Position numbers and translations under genes: made by a program. From NCBI RefSeq assembly GCF_009914755.1, contig NC_060934.1: a stretch of 64,000 bases of DNA; one strand, written 5' to 3'. The stretch's first letter is position 1. The number at the start of each line of letters is the position of its first letter. This DNA is from the human T2T-CHM13v2.0 reference genome, Homo sapiens. The notes under the pieces were generated by a model, which worked only from the letters and a program-made list of their open reading frames with translations, did not search any database and was not told the DNA's origin. Below are positions 17,022 through 32,767 of the stretch, one piece after another.

Positions 17022-17445
17022 TTAGATTCTTCCTAATTCTTATAACTCCAAAATAAAATTTAGATGGATTAGAGATTAAAATGCAAAATAAATAAACAAA
17101 TTTTAAAAATTAAAAAGAAAATACATGTGAACATTTTATCAGTGGTTTGGGAAAATATTTGTTAAACAAACAAAAATCACAATCTAAATGAGCAAGACTT
17201 GATAATATAAATTTAAAACTTTAGTAAACAAACAAAAAACTAAAATCAAAATGCTGTAGCAGCATCATTCCTAATAGTCAAAAGGTGGAAACAGCCCAAA
17301 TGTCCATCAACTGATGAATGGATAAACAAAATGAGGTATGTCCATATAATGGAACATTACTCAGCAATAAAGAGAAATAAATTTCAAAACAATATGTTGT
17401 TTTATATAAATAGAGACACATTTTCTTATTATAATAGATAAATAA

Positions 17446-18099
<654 letters not shown>

Positions 18100-18100
<1 letters not shown>

Positions 18101-18465
18101 TGAATGATGTACTGATAAATGCTACAGCATGCATGAATCTTGAAAACATTATGCTAAGTGAAAGAAGATAGTCATAAAAGACCACAAATTATATGATTCC
18201 AAATATATGTCCAGGACAGGCAAATCTATAGAGACAGAAAGTAGATTAGTGGTTGCTTTGGGCTGGGGAGACTGGCAGGATTGTGGGACAATAGCTAAGA
18301 GGTATGAAATTTCTTTCTGAGGTGATGAAAATATTCTAAAATTGATTGAAAATACTCTAAAATGGATTATGGTGAATATTGCACAAATCTGTGAATATAC
18401 GAAAAAAACATTGAATTGTACACTTTAAATGGATAAATTGATGGTATGTGAATTATACCTCAACA
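18100..18465 (+). mobile_element. Old L1M 3' UTR fragment (continues from about 17250-17380)
   Basis: GAATCTTGAAAACATTATGCTAAGTGAAAGAAG ... TTGAATTGTACACTTTAAA motifs. Confidence 0.8.
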
Positions 18466-18480
18466 AAGAAACCAATGGCA

Positions 18481-18802
<322 letters not shown>

Positions 18803-19615
18803 TCACAAACAGTTTAAAAATTTGAAGTAAAAATGATAAGGGGCTAATCTTCTTAATATACGAAGATGTCACGAAATCTCTTTTAAAATACCCCAAGACC
18901 AATAAGAAGACAATTCATAAAAGAAGGAATACAAATTACCTCCCCATTCAAACAAATATCATTCATTCTCACTAGTCATCATGAGAATGCAAATGAAAAT
19001 ACAATGCTGTCTTGCTATTTTAGCTTTTCAAATTAGAAAATGCTGTGAAGTACACCCAATAAACTTTAAACTTTAAACAGTGCAGGGTTTAAAGGTGACT
19101 GGAGGACAGATACTCCCCAGCTGCTGAGGGAAGTACAAACTGCACAATCTTTCTGGAAAGCCATGTGTCCACACCCAGAGAAAGAGAAGGCCTTGAAAAT
19201 GTTCACAGCTTTTGCCACATAATTCTATTTCCAGAAGTCTCTCTTAAGGAGGAAAATAAAAGTCCAAAATAAAGATTCTGAACCAAGAGGCTTTGCATCA
19301 GTGAAAAAACTGAAAACAACCTAAAAGACTATTAAAAACATTATTTTCAAAGAGTTCTAAGTGACATGGGTAAAAGCTTACGGCATGCGAAGCGAAAAAG
19401 CAGGATATAAAATTATATCTCAGATGCTGCAGGATTTCAATTATATAAAAAATGCATTTTAAAAGGTCAGAAGAAAATGTGTGGCTGGATTCTGCATGCT
19501 TCTTTCCTCTCTCCCTCCCTCCTTCCTTCTACCATTTTATGTATTTTAGTATTTTCCATAGTGAGAAAGCATTTCTTTGATAATGGGGGTAGGGTAAGGG
19601 AAAAAGTAGCAACTG

Positions 19616-19722
19616 AATCTATTAGCTAATCATTTTTTAAAAATAGGCACAAAACCAATGCAATCTATTAGCTAATCATTTTTTTAAAATAGGCACAAAA
19701 CCAATGCAATCTATTAGCTAAT
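19616..19722. repeat. 46-bp tandem duplication, about 2.3 copies
   Basis: AATCTATTAGCTAATCATTTTTTWAAAATAGGCACAAAACCAATGC at 19616-19661 and 19662-19707, plus a partial third copy. Confidence 0.95.
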
Positions 19723-21269
19723 AATTTTGCCCAAGAGCCCAGCTTGACACAAATGAGATTGATGCTAATAGTGCGGCACTTGGCAGATATTTCCCAGCAT
19801 TCAGACAGGCCATACAAAATAAACAATTCCTTCCAGTAGGTCTATTCATTTAGTCACCTTAGATAGCCACCAGCAGCTCACTCATTTCAGGAAGTTAGGC
19901 AGGATGTCATTCATTCTGCAGGGTTATTCTGGTGGCGCTGATTGACAAGCCACAGTGGCCTCTTCCACAATGCACTACGGAGAAGGCAGAGTCCCAACAG
20001 GGCCAGGGTCCAAGCACTTCAGCAGATTAAAAGTTTCCTTCAAAGGAAATGCCCACTCAGACATAAGCACTGCTCTTACCCACCTGACAGAGTGGGGTGG
20101 TCTCAGACCTTCCCACCTGAACATGTAGATCCCTCTTGGACCACTTCCCGCTTTGAAGATAATACCACCTTTGCTGTCCTGAGACTCGAATAATAATGTT
20201 TGAGCGAAGGTACTCTGAAAACCCCAGGGATCCTCCTCAGTGTAAAGTATTATTAAGATGCCAGTAGCATCCTCACTGCTTTAAAATTTCACAATATCCT
20301 CTCAGCTTTTATGAAGTCTAGAGAAACTCTGGAGAAATGATTGAAAAAGACTTTCTGTGTGCATCTGGTTCTTCAAAGTGTCATCTATAAAGGATCCATG
20401 TAATAAATACTCCTTGAATTCTATGGCAGGAAAAGTCTGTCTCTTCAGAGAACTTGAGTGCTTTCTCTTATCAGATAAAAGGAACGAGCGAACATTGGTA
20501 TATTTCACCTTTGGCCCTTGCTCGGTGACAAATTTGGTTCTTAGCCTCTTTCACACTCCTGTCCAGGTCCTTGGTCTTGCCTATTTCTCTTTTTTATATT
20601 GTGTTTAATTTTTAAGACTGCTTCAAATACTTTGGAGATCCAGTCAGTATATGAGTCACTGTCTCTCAAACCAGTGTCTGGTCTGCAGAAAGTCCTTAGA
20701 TACGTTCTTTATGAGAATCGGTGTCTGGGCTCTTCATTTAGATCATAATGCCTTTTAAATGGGATGCAAGAACTTTTCAGATTATATGAATGACCACGTT
20801 ATAAAGGGGGTCCTGCCACAGGAGTCTGAGCCTGTGTTTGTGTCTGCAATCTCTTTGCAGGTAGGTCATGCTATGCTAAATGTCAGAGGTTACTGAGGAA
20901 AGAAGGGGGCAGGATGATATGGAAATGAGACATTTGTGCCAACTGAACACAAGGAGATTTTCCTGTACACTACTTTAAATAGAGAAATGTGGTGGGAGAT
21001 CCAAGCCCCAAAATAACACAGGGGAGACGGAGCAAGACTCCCCACAGATTGGCGAGTACCACAGCCTCCACACAGTGCACAGGACGCTGCCACAATAAAC
21101 CAGCATCCTCTATGACAAAATGAACGTGGTCGATTTGCATTTTATTTATTTTATACCTGTATTTGTGTCTTGTTCATTTGTTTTGCTTTCGGAGTTGGGA
21201 CAGAACAATAAACATAAAGAATTAAATATGTATGACTATAGAACATACAAATAAAAAAAGAGTTAAATA

Positions 21270-21583
<314 letters not shown>

Positions 21584-21789
21584 CTATGCATATTTAAACA
21601 ACATCAAAATCATTAATTAGTCGACACTAAAGCTTCATAATATTTATTTCCCTTAAGGGGAATCTATACACTATTTGGGTCTGAAAAAAACTATGAATTT
21701 TAAATGTAATAAATATATGTATGCATTTGGACCCACAACTAAGCTACATGGAGTAGCTAATGCTAGGTAAGAGCTGGTGACAGTCATTA

Positions 21790-21980
21790 TTATTACTTAT
21801 AATGATAATGATCAAAGTTCCCATTTGTTAAATATTATGGTGACTGCTCAATAGTCCTAATCTCATTTAATCCTCAGAACAACCCTGTAAAATAGGAATC
21901 AATGCTTATTCCCATTTTATAGATGAAAATCCAGTGCCCAGAAGGAATGAAATTACCCAGCCAAGGTCAAGCAGCAGCAC
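21790..21980 (-). mobile_element. MIR fragment
   Basis: CTCATTTAATCCTCA...CCCATTTTATAGATGA core. Confidence 0.7.
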
Positions 21981-23224
21981 GGAGCAGAGGTAGGAATCCA
22001 CTCCCCACCCCCAGGTGCCACTGCCCTGCCTCCCTTCTAGATGTGGCCCAGGGCAGTGGAAGGTATCACTTCCTATTCCTGGTCTGGGGTTGTGACTCTG
22101 AAGTTCATGAGACACAACCTGGAGCTTTTGCTGTCACTGACGCCTAAAGGTGCTGCCTTGTTCCGAGCAATGCTGCCCTGGTTAGGTATGCTGTGACCTG
22201 CCACCATGGCAAATGGGCACATTCCAAGGATGGGGTTTAAGTCAAGAAATATTTCATGCCAATGGAACCATCCATGGTCTTCCATGCCCTAGTGGCCTCC
22301 AACCCAAGGCTGCACTCTCCCATTTTCCAACTGAGCTTTCACACCACAGTGCTCACTGCCTCTTTTCACTATACAATGTCTGGTACTCAGTTGGCGCTCT
22401 GGAAGGGGTGTGGAAAAGAATGACGTTTGCTGATCTTGGAGAATATTTTTCAGAGGACACAAACTACTCTTGTAAGGCAGTATTAAGCCTTGAGAAATGC
22501 ATAAACAAGCATGGTTCTTAAAAACAACCAGAACTGCCATTTCTTGAGCGGTTACAATATGCTAGGAACTACGCAAAACACAACATAAATGATTTCATTT
22601 TATCACAGCAACTACATTGGTATCATTCCACACATTTTACAGCCAAAATCTAAGTACACTGTCCAAGTCACCCAGTGTGTGCTGTAAGGCAACCTGACAA
22701 CAATTTAACCAAACCCATGCTGTCATCCATCTGCCAGGGTTTCCCATACCATGAGCCATGCACCCTGGTGAGACCAGGATGATTCTAGAGTGTACAGCGT
22801 CAAGTTGGATGATAAAGAATTTTTTAAGAAAAAAAAAAATAAAAGTGTACAGCAAACATTCCAAAACACTGAACCACACATTAAGAAAGCAGTCCCCTTT
22901 CAAATCTTTCAGTTCCACTTAAATCGAAAAGAAAGACTTCAACCAGTAAAAGAATGCCTTCAACACCTCTTTACCATGCATTTCTCCTTTTGCGCCATAG
23001 AGGGAACAGGGCCTTAAGCCCACAGGCTTCTGTAGGAATCTGTATACCACAGAATTTAATACCAATGTGTACTTTTTATTATCTATATTTTTATATCTAA
23101 CTTCTATCTATATCAAGAGATACTGGTTTTTTCATGTAGAGTGGCAAAGTTTCCTTTTAAAATATACTTACTTAGAAAATATGAATTGACTTAAAGAAAA
23201 TATTAACTTAATAGCACAACGAAA

Positions 23225-23420
23225 AAATTTTGGAAAGAGTGGTGATGGCTGCGCAACATTGTGAAAGTAATTAATGCCAATGAATTGTATACTTTAAATT
23301 GGTTAAAATGACAAATACTCTGTTACCTACATTTTACCACAATTTTTAAAAATTAACCGCATACACCAAAAACTGCTGAGTTGTACACTTAAAATGCATG
23401 AATTGTATGGTACATGAATT
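23225..23420 (+). mobile_element. Old L1M 3' end fragment
   Basis: GGTGATGGCTGCGCAACATTGTGAA...TGAATTGTATACTTTAAA. Confidence 0.7.
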
Positions 23421-23947
23421 TAAGAAAATAGTAGCACTATGGTACAAACATAAGCCAAAAACGAGGTTGGTGGTTCTCAAATGACTGAAGTTTGGGAAAT
23501 GCTGCATTATGCTATTTTGCTTCCATTTTGTTAAACTAATTATTTTTTAGTTTAAATAAGGTAAAGTCAAGGTGGGAAGGCAGGATGAAGGCCTGTAGCA
23601 TAAACATGCTGGATTCTTTCTCTAAGTTTTAGATACAAGGAAAAAGAAAGTGAGCAGAGAAGGAAACTAAGGAGATAAGTTTCAACTGAGAATTAAGAGC
23701 TTGCCACCAATCTACTCAAAAATGGAATTAAACAGAAACAGTCACTGGGGCCAGTCAGGGGAACCTGTGTGTCTCTGTGCTGGGACAAAGTAGGGGGGTA
23801 TCGTGGTTCATGTCCAAGACTTCCAGTGTGGCTGATGAAAAAAAGACTGAAGAAGATTCAAAGATTTCTTAGAAGGATGCAGATGAGCAACCTAAGTATT
23901 GGGGTTCACAGAAGAAAGGGCTGTGTTTCCTCTGCATTTGTATTTTA

Positions 23948-24373
<426 letters not shown>

Positions 24374-24639
24374 TTACGATGTTCATTCATCCTACCTAAG
24401 CCACAGTGATGAAACCACGAAACAGCTATTTTTCAAAGCCCCGAATAAAATGTTCCAAAACCTGAGCTTACTACGAAGTTTCCTAGTCACATAGCAAGTG
24501 TCTACGGAACACATCTGCCACATTCTAGCACTGGCCTGGATCCCACAGGAGAATTCCAGAAGTGTGTCCTGTACAGCTGTGTCCCTTAAGGAGCTTCCAA
24601 TGAATTGGGAAGATGAGGCCCCACATGAAAAAACAGGGA

Positions 24640-24920
24640 GGCCGGGCGCGGTGGCTCATACCTGTAATCCAAGTGCTTTGGGAAGCCGAGTCGGGAGGAT
24701 TGCTTGAGCTCAGGAGTTTGAGACCAGCCTGGGCAGCATTATGAGACGCTGTCTCTACCAAAAATACAAAAAATTAGCTGGGTGTGGTGGTGTGTGCTTG
24801 TGGTCCCAGCTAATCAGGAGACGGAGGCTGCAGTGAGCTGAGATCGCACCATTGCACTCCAGCCTGGGTGACAGAGCAAGACCCTGTCTCAAAAAAACAC
24901 AAAAAACAAACAAAAAAAAA
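24640..24920 (+). mobile_element. AluJ-like with an internal right-arm deletion
   Basis: GGATTGCTTGAG and GACCCTGTCTC J-type features. Confidence 0.9.
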
Positions 24921-25009
24921 ACCAGAGAGAATTATGTGATACCTTATCACCAGGCACCAACTTGTACAATGAGACTATAAATAGAACTAAATTAAGTTAA
25001 TGTTTCTAA

Positions 25010-25307
<298 letters not shown>

Positions 25308-26889
25308 GAGAGAGAGAGAGACAGAAAAGTGCTTGCACATGAAAAATTCAGAAGTTGAGAAAAACTTCCTAAGAGATGAAGAAGGCAAGCTCCCCTCGGT
25401 CAAATAGCACTGGGATGTTGAACTTACCCTTCTGTGAAAAAGGCATGATATTTTCTATTTAAAGTAATAAAATAATTCATTGTTCATTTCCTTATCCCTT
25501 CAACAAATAAATACTCATTATTTATCAATGAATAATAAATATTCAAAGCCTATCCCAGGCTCCCCAAGAAATGGAAGAGTGAGAAAATTTCTGTCCTCAC
25601 TGGTACTGGAGAGACCACACAGGAGAGCTGGGAGGACTTTTCTGGCAGAGGAAAAGCATGATTAAAGGCACAAAGGCATGAGCGCAAATGATGTGTCTGG
25701 GCCACAAGAAACACCTTCTATATGGGGGAAGGGCTGTGTGAGAGGGGAAGGGAGTTTGGGTGTCTGAGAGGACCCTGATTCCCATGCAGGGTGTATATTG
25801 GAGACCTGTCAGCAAAATGTATTCAGGAGAAAAGGAAATTCTGTAAAATACAGATTGAAAATGCAGTTTATTTTTCTTAAGTTGAAAACTGTCTTTGCTT
25901 GTTTTTGAAATAATTCCAGACATTCAGGCAGAATGTATCAGCTCTTTTGTAAAGTCTGGTCATAACTGAGAACACAAGTGCCTGACCACCCATCCCACCC
26001 CGAGCAAGCGCTGCCTCCAGATGCATAAAATAACACAAACGAGTGGCTAACAAAGTGTTACCAAGTCAACATCCTGCCCTATCTGCTTTCAAGAACAAAT
26101 AAGTTGCTATAATTAACCAATGTCTGAAAAGGTACCACAAGCATGGTTTACAGTATGCTTAGAAAATGATTCTGAAGTAGGCTATAAACATGTCTCTTGT
26201 TTACACTGCATTTATCTTGTTTACACTGGCTATTTGCTCAGAAATTCAGCATCACAGCTATTGTCATGTCCTTAGAAAGCACAAAAGGAAACCTCAGACC
26301 TGGCCTTGTGTCCAGATTCCCAGTGTGTGGACCCCAGTGAAGGAGCCTTTGCTCTACTGCAAATATTTGTGGGTTCACAGGGTTGGAGGTGAGAGGCTTG
26401 CAATGGTGGGACTCAAACCTTAAGTTTCAATAACCCTCACCTTCCCCCACCTTCCTGGCAAACATCAAGACTGCTTTTTCATTTTAGTCATCACCATGGG
26501 TCTTTCTTCTTTGCTCACCCACCTTGGTCATTGGGTAGTGAATTTCCCGTCCAACTAACCCCTTTCACTTACAAAGCTCCCAACAGAGAGTGACAGGTAT
26601 ACCCAACCCACAAGTCACCAGCTACCCCCAAAGTCACATACAGTCATCATACTGATGGTAAGAGGGTCAGTGGAATGCCAAGTTCTTACCCACCAGATGT
26701 CTTACTGACACTGAAGTCAGGGGAGGGAGGAGGTGACAATTATTTAGAAGTGTTAGTGTGAGTTAATTAAAGTGACATCAATCATTGTTCTCATCACCGT
26801 CGTCATCATCATCATCATCCTCATGATGCCAAAAAGATAAGGCAGAGTCCTACAGATACTTTCCTAATTCAGACTTTAAATACAGTCAT

Positions 26890-27189
26890 GGCCAGGCATG
26901 ATTACTCACACCTGTAATCTCAGCACTTTGGGAGGCCAAGGCAAGCAGATCACTTGAGGCCAGGAGTTCGAGACCAGCCTGGGCAACATGGCAAAACTCT
27001 GTCTCTACAAAAAATACAAAATTTAGTCAGGCATGGTGCACGCCTGTAGTCCCAGCTACTTGGGAGGTTGAAGTGGGAGGCTCACCTGAGCCCAAGGAGA
27101 TCAAAGCTGCAGTGGCCCATGATTGTGCCACTGCACTCCAGCCTGGGAAACAAAGTGACACCCTGTCTCAAAAAACAAAGAAAAAAAAA
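26890..27189 (+). mobile_element. AluJ-like
   Basis: TSD AAATACAGTCATGG. Confidence 0.92.
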
Positions 27190-29090
27190 TACAGTCATGG
27201 TGGTCACACTGTCTCCCTGGAAACAAAGAGAAAGTTGTAGAAACGAAGAAGGAGGAATGAATCCACTTCTTCCACACTCCCATGCTGGCTTCCAGAGGTG
27301 GTTGGAGCTGGTAACTTTGGAATGCAGGTGGGCTCACTCATCATATGCAATCGTTTTGCCATCCCAGTGTTCTGTGCCAGACGCAGACTCCTAAGGCTGC
27401 CTGATTTCACTGCACATCGGTGAATTTGCAGCGCTGGGTGGAGGGTTCTGGGTCAAGGATCTACTGACATCAGCCCAAATCTTTTCTAGCTCACACAGAC
27501 AAGGAACAGTATTTCCTTCATTCATCAGGTAATTCACCTGGCCCTCCTCAATGTACTTGAGGTTCAAGATCAAGGGAGCAGGACAGGAGGAAAGATGACC
27601 TTAGGCCTCTAAGACTTTTATCCAGCACTCCCCACTCCCTTAAATAAATGAACTATTAGCTCTAAATGAGCTATTCAAAGTGTTCATTTCTTGTTGCTGC
27701 TTTTTTTAAAGCAAAGGCCTATAGCTTTTCCCTTCCCCTCCCCAACCCACCCTACCTGCTCTTCAGCTTGAGCAAAAATAGCAAAACATCTGAGGCTGCC
27801 ATGACAACCAATGAAAGCACCGTGGTGCCCACTCTTGTCCACCAATGATAAAACCTGCCTGCGGCTCTCCCAGTCCTCTCCCAGCTGGGGCTGGGGCCCT
27901 CTAACTTTCTTCCAAGTTCAACCTTCAGGAAGCTTTCCCAAATAGAGCTGCTCTATCCTCAACCAAGAAGCCAAGGGTCAGCTGGAGTTGTCTCAGCGCC
28001 CAGTGCCTCTGAACTTTTTGATTTGTTCTCCTTTGCTCCTTTCAGTGTCTCCAGGCACATGTGACAGAGATGACTATCTCCATTTTGCAGATGGAAAAAT
28101 AGAGGCATGGGCCATGAACTGACCGGCCCTAGTTCATAAGCTTCTGGTTTAATGGTAGAACCACATGCAGAATTCAAAGCTCCCAACTCCAGATCTGGTT
28201 AGCAGAAGAACAGAAGGAACAGCCACTCTCAGAAAACATGACCCAAAAGGGGAAAAGATTCTGCTAGGTGAGCTGCATCTCAGCCACAGACTGACATTCC
28301 CTCAACCAGTCTCTGGGATATAAACCTGGGAAGGGTTGGAGGAAAATCTACTTCCCCACCATGGTAAATGGGCTGCACAAAAACCCACCTCTATCCTGGA
28401 TTCAGCGTCTCGGGCTGCATCTACCATGCACAGGCAACCAGAAGAGCACAGGTAAGCTTCCTTGGCGGGGTTTATCAGGATCCTTAGGGAGCACTATCCA
28501 ACCTGTATCCCATCTCCACACCTGTGAGAAAGTGCTCCCCTCTAGGCACCCAGGTCTGGAGGCCTGCAGGCCCCTGTTTCCTCGTTCAGGAAACCCCAGT
28601 GTTGCTAACAAAGCAGGAGCTACCACAGCCCCCCCCGAAAGGCTTCCTCTTTCTTCATCTCTTTCAGACACTTATAAATGTGCTTCCTCTCCCTATGTAA
28701 ATTTCGTCCAAATGGCACAACGCAGGCTTGTCATGAGGCCATTAATAACTCACCTTTTCACAGGCTCTTCTTGGTTTCCTGGTTCAGGAATCAGTTCTTA
28801 TCTAGACAGACACTGATGTCTGGATTTACTGGTGTGAGGACGGACAAATGGGCTTTGTCTGGGGCAGGCCACATAAATGTGATTTATTTTCACTAAGTCA
28901 AGAACTGAGAGGCTGAAGGCAACTCTTGACAATAACTAAGCTGAAGAAATTGAGAGTAAAATTTCTTCCCTTTTGTCTCTCTCCCACTCAATGGTCAAAG
29001 TCCCAGGAAAGGCTGAAACGGTGTTTACTTTCCCCCACTTAGGCTGACCCTTCGCATTCCGACCAGCTGAAAGGATGGAACTGGCTGGTC

Positions 29091-29109
29091 AGTTTCACTT
29101 TCCACTTTC
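29091..29109. promoter_or_regulatory. ISRE / IRF motif AGTTTCACTTTCC with an extra ACTTTC half site
   Basis: Exact match to AGTTTCNNTTTCC in apparently non-repeat intron sequence. Confidence 0.45.
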
Positions 29110-29959
29110 AGGAAGGGTAACTTTCTGTTCTCATCCCTCACCGTGAAAGGCTGCATCTGGCTTTGTGGCTTGGTCAAGGCTGGGTGGAGGTGGGGGTGTG
29201 ATGCTTCTTGGCGAAGGGCTTAAAGAAATATGAAACAAGATGGCATTCCAAATTCTGCATAAATATAGGCCAAAATTAAAACTCCTTTAACCCAGGAGTT
29301 GCTGGCCTTAGTGGTCCAATATTAAAATCAGGGCTATTAAGGCCAAGACTCTAAAGATATTCTACAGTATTTCCTAGCAGCACAAACGCAATTACTAACA
29401 GATTCTGGAAAAGCACATTCAGCTAAGCCACAGAAGACCTGGATTCAAGTCCCATCTCTGCCACTTCCTGGGTAATCTTGATATTTCTAAGCTTCAATTT
29501 CCTCTCCTTTAAGATGGATTTATTTATGCCTGCCTGGTTTGTTGCACAGGCTTATTGGAATTAAGTGATCAACATGCAGAAGCCCTTTGAAAACTGAAAA
29601 GTGCAAGACAAAGTTAAATCAATTAGTGTTGTTTATCTGTTGACCAAATTTTTCTTCTACTAGACTGTGATTTCTCTGAGAACAGATTTCCTGACATTCA
29701 TTCATCTTTGTATCCCCAGGGCTTAGAATATAGTGAGAAATCAATAAATACTTCTTGCATGAATGGATGAATCGATGAATGAGATAAGACCAACCACCTA
29801 AGTTACTAGCAGGGAAAGCAACACCTCAGGGAGGACCACTGTAAGGCTTTGTGCCTGGAGGCTTTTAGTGTGGAATCTGGAGAGAAACAGGAAACTGTTT
29901 AACCCTCTAATTTATGATACCAGCGTGAACCAAGCTTCGCTGAAAATTCTGCATGGTAC

Positions 29960-30705
29960 ACTGTGTTAGTCCCAGTCTTCCGAGAAACAAAAGCTAAAAT
30001 GAGATTAAACATACAAGGTGTTTTGTTTTGTTTTGTTTTTTGAGACGGAGTCTCACTCTGTCGCCCAGGCTGGAATGCAGTTCTGCAATCACGGTTCACT
30101 GCAACCTCCACCTCCTGGGTTCAAGCAATTCTCCTGCCACAGCCTCCTGAGTAGATGGGATTACAGGCATGTGTCACCACGCCCAGCTAATTGTTGTATT
30201 TTTAGCAGAGATGGGTTTTCACCATGTTGACCAGGCTGGCCTTGAACCCCTGACCTCAGGTGATCTGCCTGCCTCAGCCACCCAAAGCGCTAGGATTACA
30301 GGTGTGAGCCACTGCACCCGGCCATATAAGGATTTTGTCAGGGAAAGTGCCTGGGAAGGAAAATGGGGAGGGAGGGTGGGAAAACCTTGTAGCTGTCTGA
30401 GCCCAAATGAATAAGAGGGGGAAGGAAGGTTGGGTGGAAGCGTCCTAGACCACTGAGCAGGCTAAGGAAAGTTGTGCAAATCTGTCACGGAGTCTTCAAA
30501 CAGAAGTTGGCCACTGGCAAATCTTGCGTCTTCCGGAAATGGGCCTAGTATCCCTGCCATGCTCAGTTATTGACTGGGAGCAGCCTGCAGGAAGCAGGGC
30601 CTTGGTCGAAAGCTATGATGGATTCAGAGGGTGGCACAGGAGCCCTTGGTCGGTTCTACTCCCAGCAACTGGAGATCTGCCAGGCATATTCTCATGGCCA
30701 CCACA
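29960..30705. mobile_element. Old ERVL/MaLR-type LTR remnant interrupted by an Alu
   Basis: TGTGTTAGTCC start and CATGGCCACCACA end resemble old LTR termini; family not determined. Confidence 0.45.
30021..30323 (-). mobile_element. Alu (AluS-like)
   Basis: Reverse Alu with (TTTTG)n tail. Confidence 0.95.
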
Positions 30706-30719
30706 TACATGGCAGTGCT

Positions 30720-30915
30720 TCAAAGCATGGAGTTTAGGGTCCATGTAAATGAATTGAGTCCCTGCTATTACTGGATGGCTATCTTGGGCAAGTTACTTGA
30801 TCTCCTAAAGCCTCATTTTCCTTATTTATAAAATAGAGATTATAATTCCTACCTCTCAGGACTGTTATTGTTGAACACTGTGTCTGCCACATAGTAAGTG
30901 CTCAATAAAAGGAAG
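30720..30915 (+). mobile_element. MIR fragment
   Basis: TTGGGCAAGTTACTT...CCTCATTTTCC...TAGTAAGTGCTCAATAAA. Confidence 0.75.
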
Positions 30916-32703
30916 CTGTCATTTCTCTGTTAATATTAATAACAATAATAATAATTTATTATTCACAAAGTACTTCTATTAGCAGTTAGGACCTAAGAAC
31001 AGCCCCCACTGTTGCATACTCGTATTAGAATTGTGTAAGGCCATCATAGGGACGTGGGACATGGCCTAAAACCATAGTTTGGCAGTATCACAATTCAAAC
31101 AACCAAACCAGTTTGCCTACAAATGAAAGGTCAGAGGGACTTTCCCAGTTTGGCTCTTTCCATGAGGGGTTGCCAGGGTGGGTTGCATTGTGCCAGAATC
31201 TACCTACAACCACAACTCCTCTCCTGTCTTCTGTTTGCCGTGGTTCACTGGCAGTGTCCTCAGCCTGTCCCATGCCAGCTGTGAAGCCACATCTGTGTCT
31301 GAAAGCAAGCATTCTCAGGAACTTTCACCCCAAGAACAGGATCATCCTCAGGCTCTGAGAGACAAGACTCTGCTATGCTGTATCCATTGTAAGCACCTAT
31401 CTCAGGACTCTTTGCTTGTCTTTATCTGTGTGACCTTGCTTTTTTTTTTTTTTTTTTTGACTTTGGCCAACTGATAGTGGTCATTGCTGGCTACTGCTGG
31501 CCGGTGGCCCCTACATCTTACCAGAGTCACAGAGTGTCCCCTTGTTGGGCTGGCTATGACCCGAGGTCATTACAGATTTCATGGCCCCAACTGAGCCAGC
31601 TCGGGCCTCTCCCAGCCTTGCTGATCCTCAGGTCTTAGTGACAGAAATGACCAAGAATCCAGACATAAGGAACTCCAGACACATGGAAGCCAGGCTCTTA
31701 CCTCTTTCACTGTTGCCTTAGAGGCCTTTTTTCCAACTCCCTTTTCCAAGAAGGTCACCAAAAACACACACGGGGATTTTCTGGGGTTTTTTTTTTTTTT
31801 TTTGAAAGAATGACCTTGAGTTATTCCAACTGAAAGAGTCCAAATTAAACTTAAAAACATTGATTTTGTTTAATAATTAACAGCTTACAAAGCTGGTCAA
31901 GTTGTATCTTCCAGAATAATCATCTCCATTCCACAGGGACTTCTTTTCTAGGGAGTTTTAAGTTTCCGTATTGAGCTGGAATCTAACCCTTGAGCTGCCG
32001 GTGTCAACCTGAGATTGGACAGCATAGGGCACAGACTCAAGGACGGACTGAACCCTCCCAACCAAGCCAAACTAGGCCTTTCCATCTGAGGAAAGAGGGG
32101 GTCATGCTGGGGTGGAGGGAAAGCCTCAGGGCAGGAGAACAGGCCGCCCACTCTTCACACAGCCTCCAGCAGGAGCACCGAGCCCATCTCTGAACACGGT
32201 TTGTTTTTCTCCACTGGTCCTCCAAGCCAGAGTGAGGAAGGGCTGAGCCCACCTGATGCCAGACATGCCCAGTGTTTGAGAGGGGGAACTGCCATCATCA
32301 GGGAGAAACACCGATTCAGCCATCTTCTGCCCCCGTGACACATAAAAGTATTGGCAAACTCAGTAACTAGCCTCAACACAACACCTTCTTTTGCCTCTTG
32401 TTTGCATTTATCCTTCCCACCAATTGAAAAACCAATCATGTTTGGTTTCTTTGCAAATCCAAATTCTTTAAGAAATGATACCCTGAAGTAAAACTTGGGC
32501 GTTCTCACACTCATATCCCGAGGTCAACTGTTCAAAAACCCACCATTCACCACTTGGCCTTGGGTGAGCCACTTCCCCTGGCAGAGTCCAGTTGTCTTCC
32601 TCTGTATTAAGACAGAGTGGAAAATAACTATGTGATTTCTGAGGGTCTGTCCTGCCCCGATGCTCTTTAAGTCCACTGGCCTTGCTAACTACCTCCTCAC
32701 TAA

Positions 32704-32710
<7 letters not shown>

Positions 32711-32762
<52 letters not shown>
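32711..32762. repeat. (CA)26 microsatellite
   Basis: Direct reading. Confidence 0.97.

Positions 32763-32767
<5 letters not shown>

Noticed and set aside
19616-19722. CRISPR-like or other repeat-spacer array
   Set aside because: Head-to-tail duplication with no spacers, in a primate intron; no prokaryotic-type system is present in the window.
28361-28816. 151-aa ATG-initiated plus-strand ORF
   Set aside because: No recognisable domain or splice/polyA support; the length is attainable by chance in 64 kb. A PhyloCSF or ribosome-profiling signal would be needed.
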